A stretch of 64,000 nt of DNA from Rikenellaceae bacterium (GTDB lineage Bacteria > Bacteroidota > Bacteroidia > Bacteroidales > Rikenellaceae), in contig JAVBOL010000009.1 in NCBI GenBank assembly GCA_031550615.1, positions 10,026 to 74,025 of the forward strand, in the 5' to 3' direction. A program made the position numbers and the translations under genes. The notes below the pieces were generated by a model. That model ran no database searches. It saw only the letters and a list, made by a program, of their open reading frames with translations, and was not told the origin of the DNA. Shown here piece after piece: positions 63,391 through 64,000 of the stretch (its first letter is position 1; each line of letters begins with the position of its first letter).

Positions 63391-64000
63391 ATGGGTGAGA
63401 GAGCAAAAAATTTCCCTGCGCGTCTGCACAAGATGACGCGGGCTTTCTATCGCGAGGTGCCTTCCGCGGCCGCGGCGGAGTGCTTCATCGACTCCCTGGT
63501 GGGGGTGTTGTTTCCCCTGCGCGCCGAGCGCAACATGACCCTCAAAGAGGTCGAATTGCGCTGGGAGCAGCTCGAAACGCAGCTTTCGCGCATCGTCTCG
63601 CCCCTCTGCCCCGACCGCGGGTGCGGACAGATCGTCGACGGGTTCTTCAACGAGGTGCCGCTGATCTACGCCTCGCTGATGAAGGACGCCGACATGTACA
63701 ACAGTTGCGACCCAGCGTCGTTCTGCACCGAGGAGGTGATACTCTGCTACCCGGGGTTCTACGCGGTTATGATATACCGATTCTCGAATTTGCTCTACCG
63801 CCTGGGCGTGCCTATCCTGCCGCGCGTGATCTCCGAGTACGCCCACAGCCGCACGGGCATCGACATACACCCAGGCGCGACGATAGGCAAGGGGTTTTAT
63901 ATCGACCACGGCACGGGGATAGTGATCGGCGAGACTACGGTCATAGGCCGTAACGTGAAGATCTACCAGGGCGTCACGCTTGGCGCTACGTTCGTCGACA
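63391..64000 (+). CDS. cysE: Serine O-acetyltransferase, 5' part (runs off the window)
   Basis: Not in the ORF track because no stop lies inside the window. My translation from ATG 63391 gives ...GIDIHPGATIGKGFYIDHGTGIVIGETTVIGRNVKIYQGVTLG, the hexapeptide-repeat signature of SAT. Confidence 0.85.
   Translation, partial: MGERAKNFPARLHKMTRAFYREVPSAAAAECFIDSLVGVLFPLRAERNMTLKEVELRWEQLETQLSRIVSPLCPDRGCGQIVDGFFNEVPLIYASLMKDADMYNSCDPASFCTEEVILCYPGFYAVMIYRFSNLLYRLGVPILPRVISEYAHSRTGIDIHPGATIGKGFYIDHGTGIVIGETTVIGRNVKIYQGVTLGATFVD

Overview
Visibly GC-rich Bacteroidota chromosomal segment. The gene content and the recurrent TAnnTTTG promoter boxes point to Bacteroidales, plausibly Rikenellaceae/Alistipes-like, but the taxon is inference only. 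I call about 65 protein genes, 2 tRNAs, and many hairpin terminators and promoter boxes.

Most of the window is ordinary housekeeping and cell-envelope content:
- Core metabolism and maintenance: trxB, nth, a UvrD/PcrA helicase, asd, surE, rplS, kdsA-rfbD-ruvB, nadE, HU, lspA, cysE.
- Envelope and division: PBP1A, a short rsmH-ftsL-ftsI block, an rnpA-yidD block, and LPS/envelope genes.
- A MoxR-DUF58-VWA 'Bat-like' aerotolerance operon.
- Two two-component sensor loci.

Accessory or unusual content:
1. A phage-derived module at the left edge (1-3.9 kb): portal, connector-like protein, holin, NNPGNIR-motif lysin, spanin-like protein.
2. A perfect 9-bp (GGGGTGACG) in-frame tandem array that encodes a Gly-X-Y tract and forms a strong G-quadruplex motif at the 5' end of a DUF4271 gene.
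3. An AT-rich heptamer inverted-repeat element inside the MoxR operon.
4. A visibly AT-rich islet between tRNA-Phe and tRNA-Ser carrying one orphan lipoprotein gene and about 400 nt of ORF-free DNA.
5. A long, self-complementary 5' leader in front of nadE.

I see no CRISPR array, transposase, integrase, reverse transcriptase or recognisable defence system. I cannot point to a clear-cut novel multi-gene system; the findings are candidates ranked honestly. The many long ORFs antisense to real genes are GC-driven artefacts.
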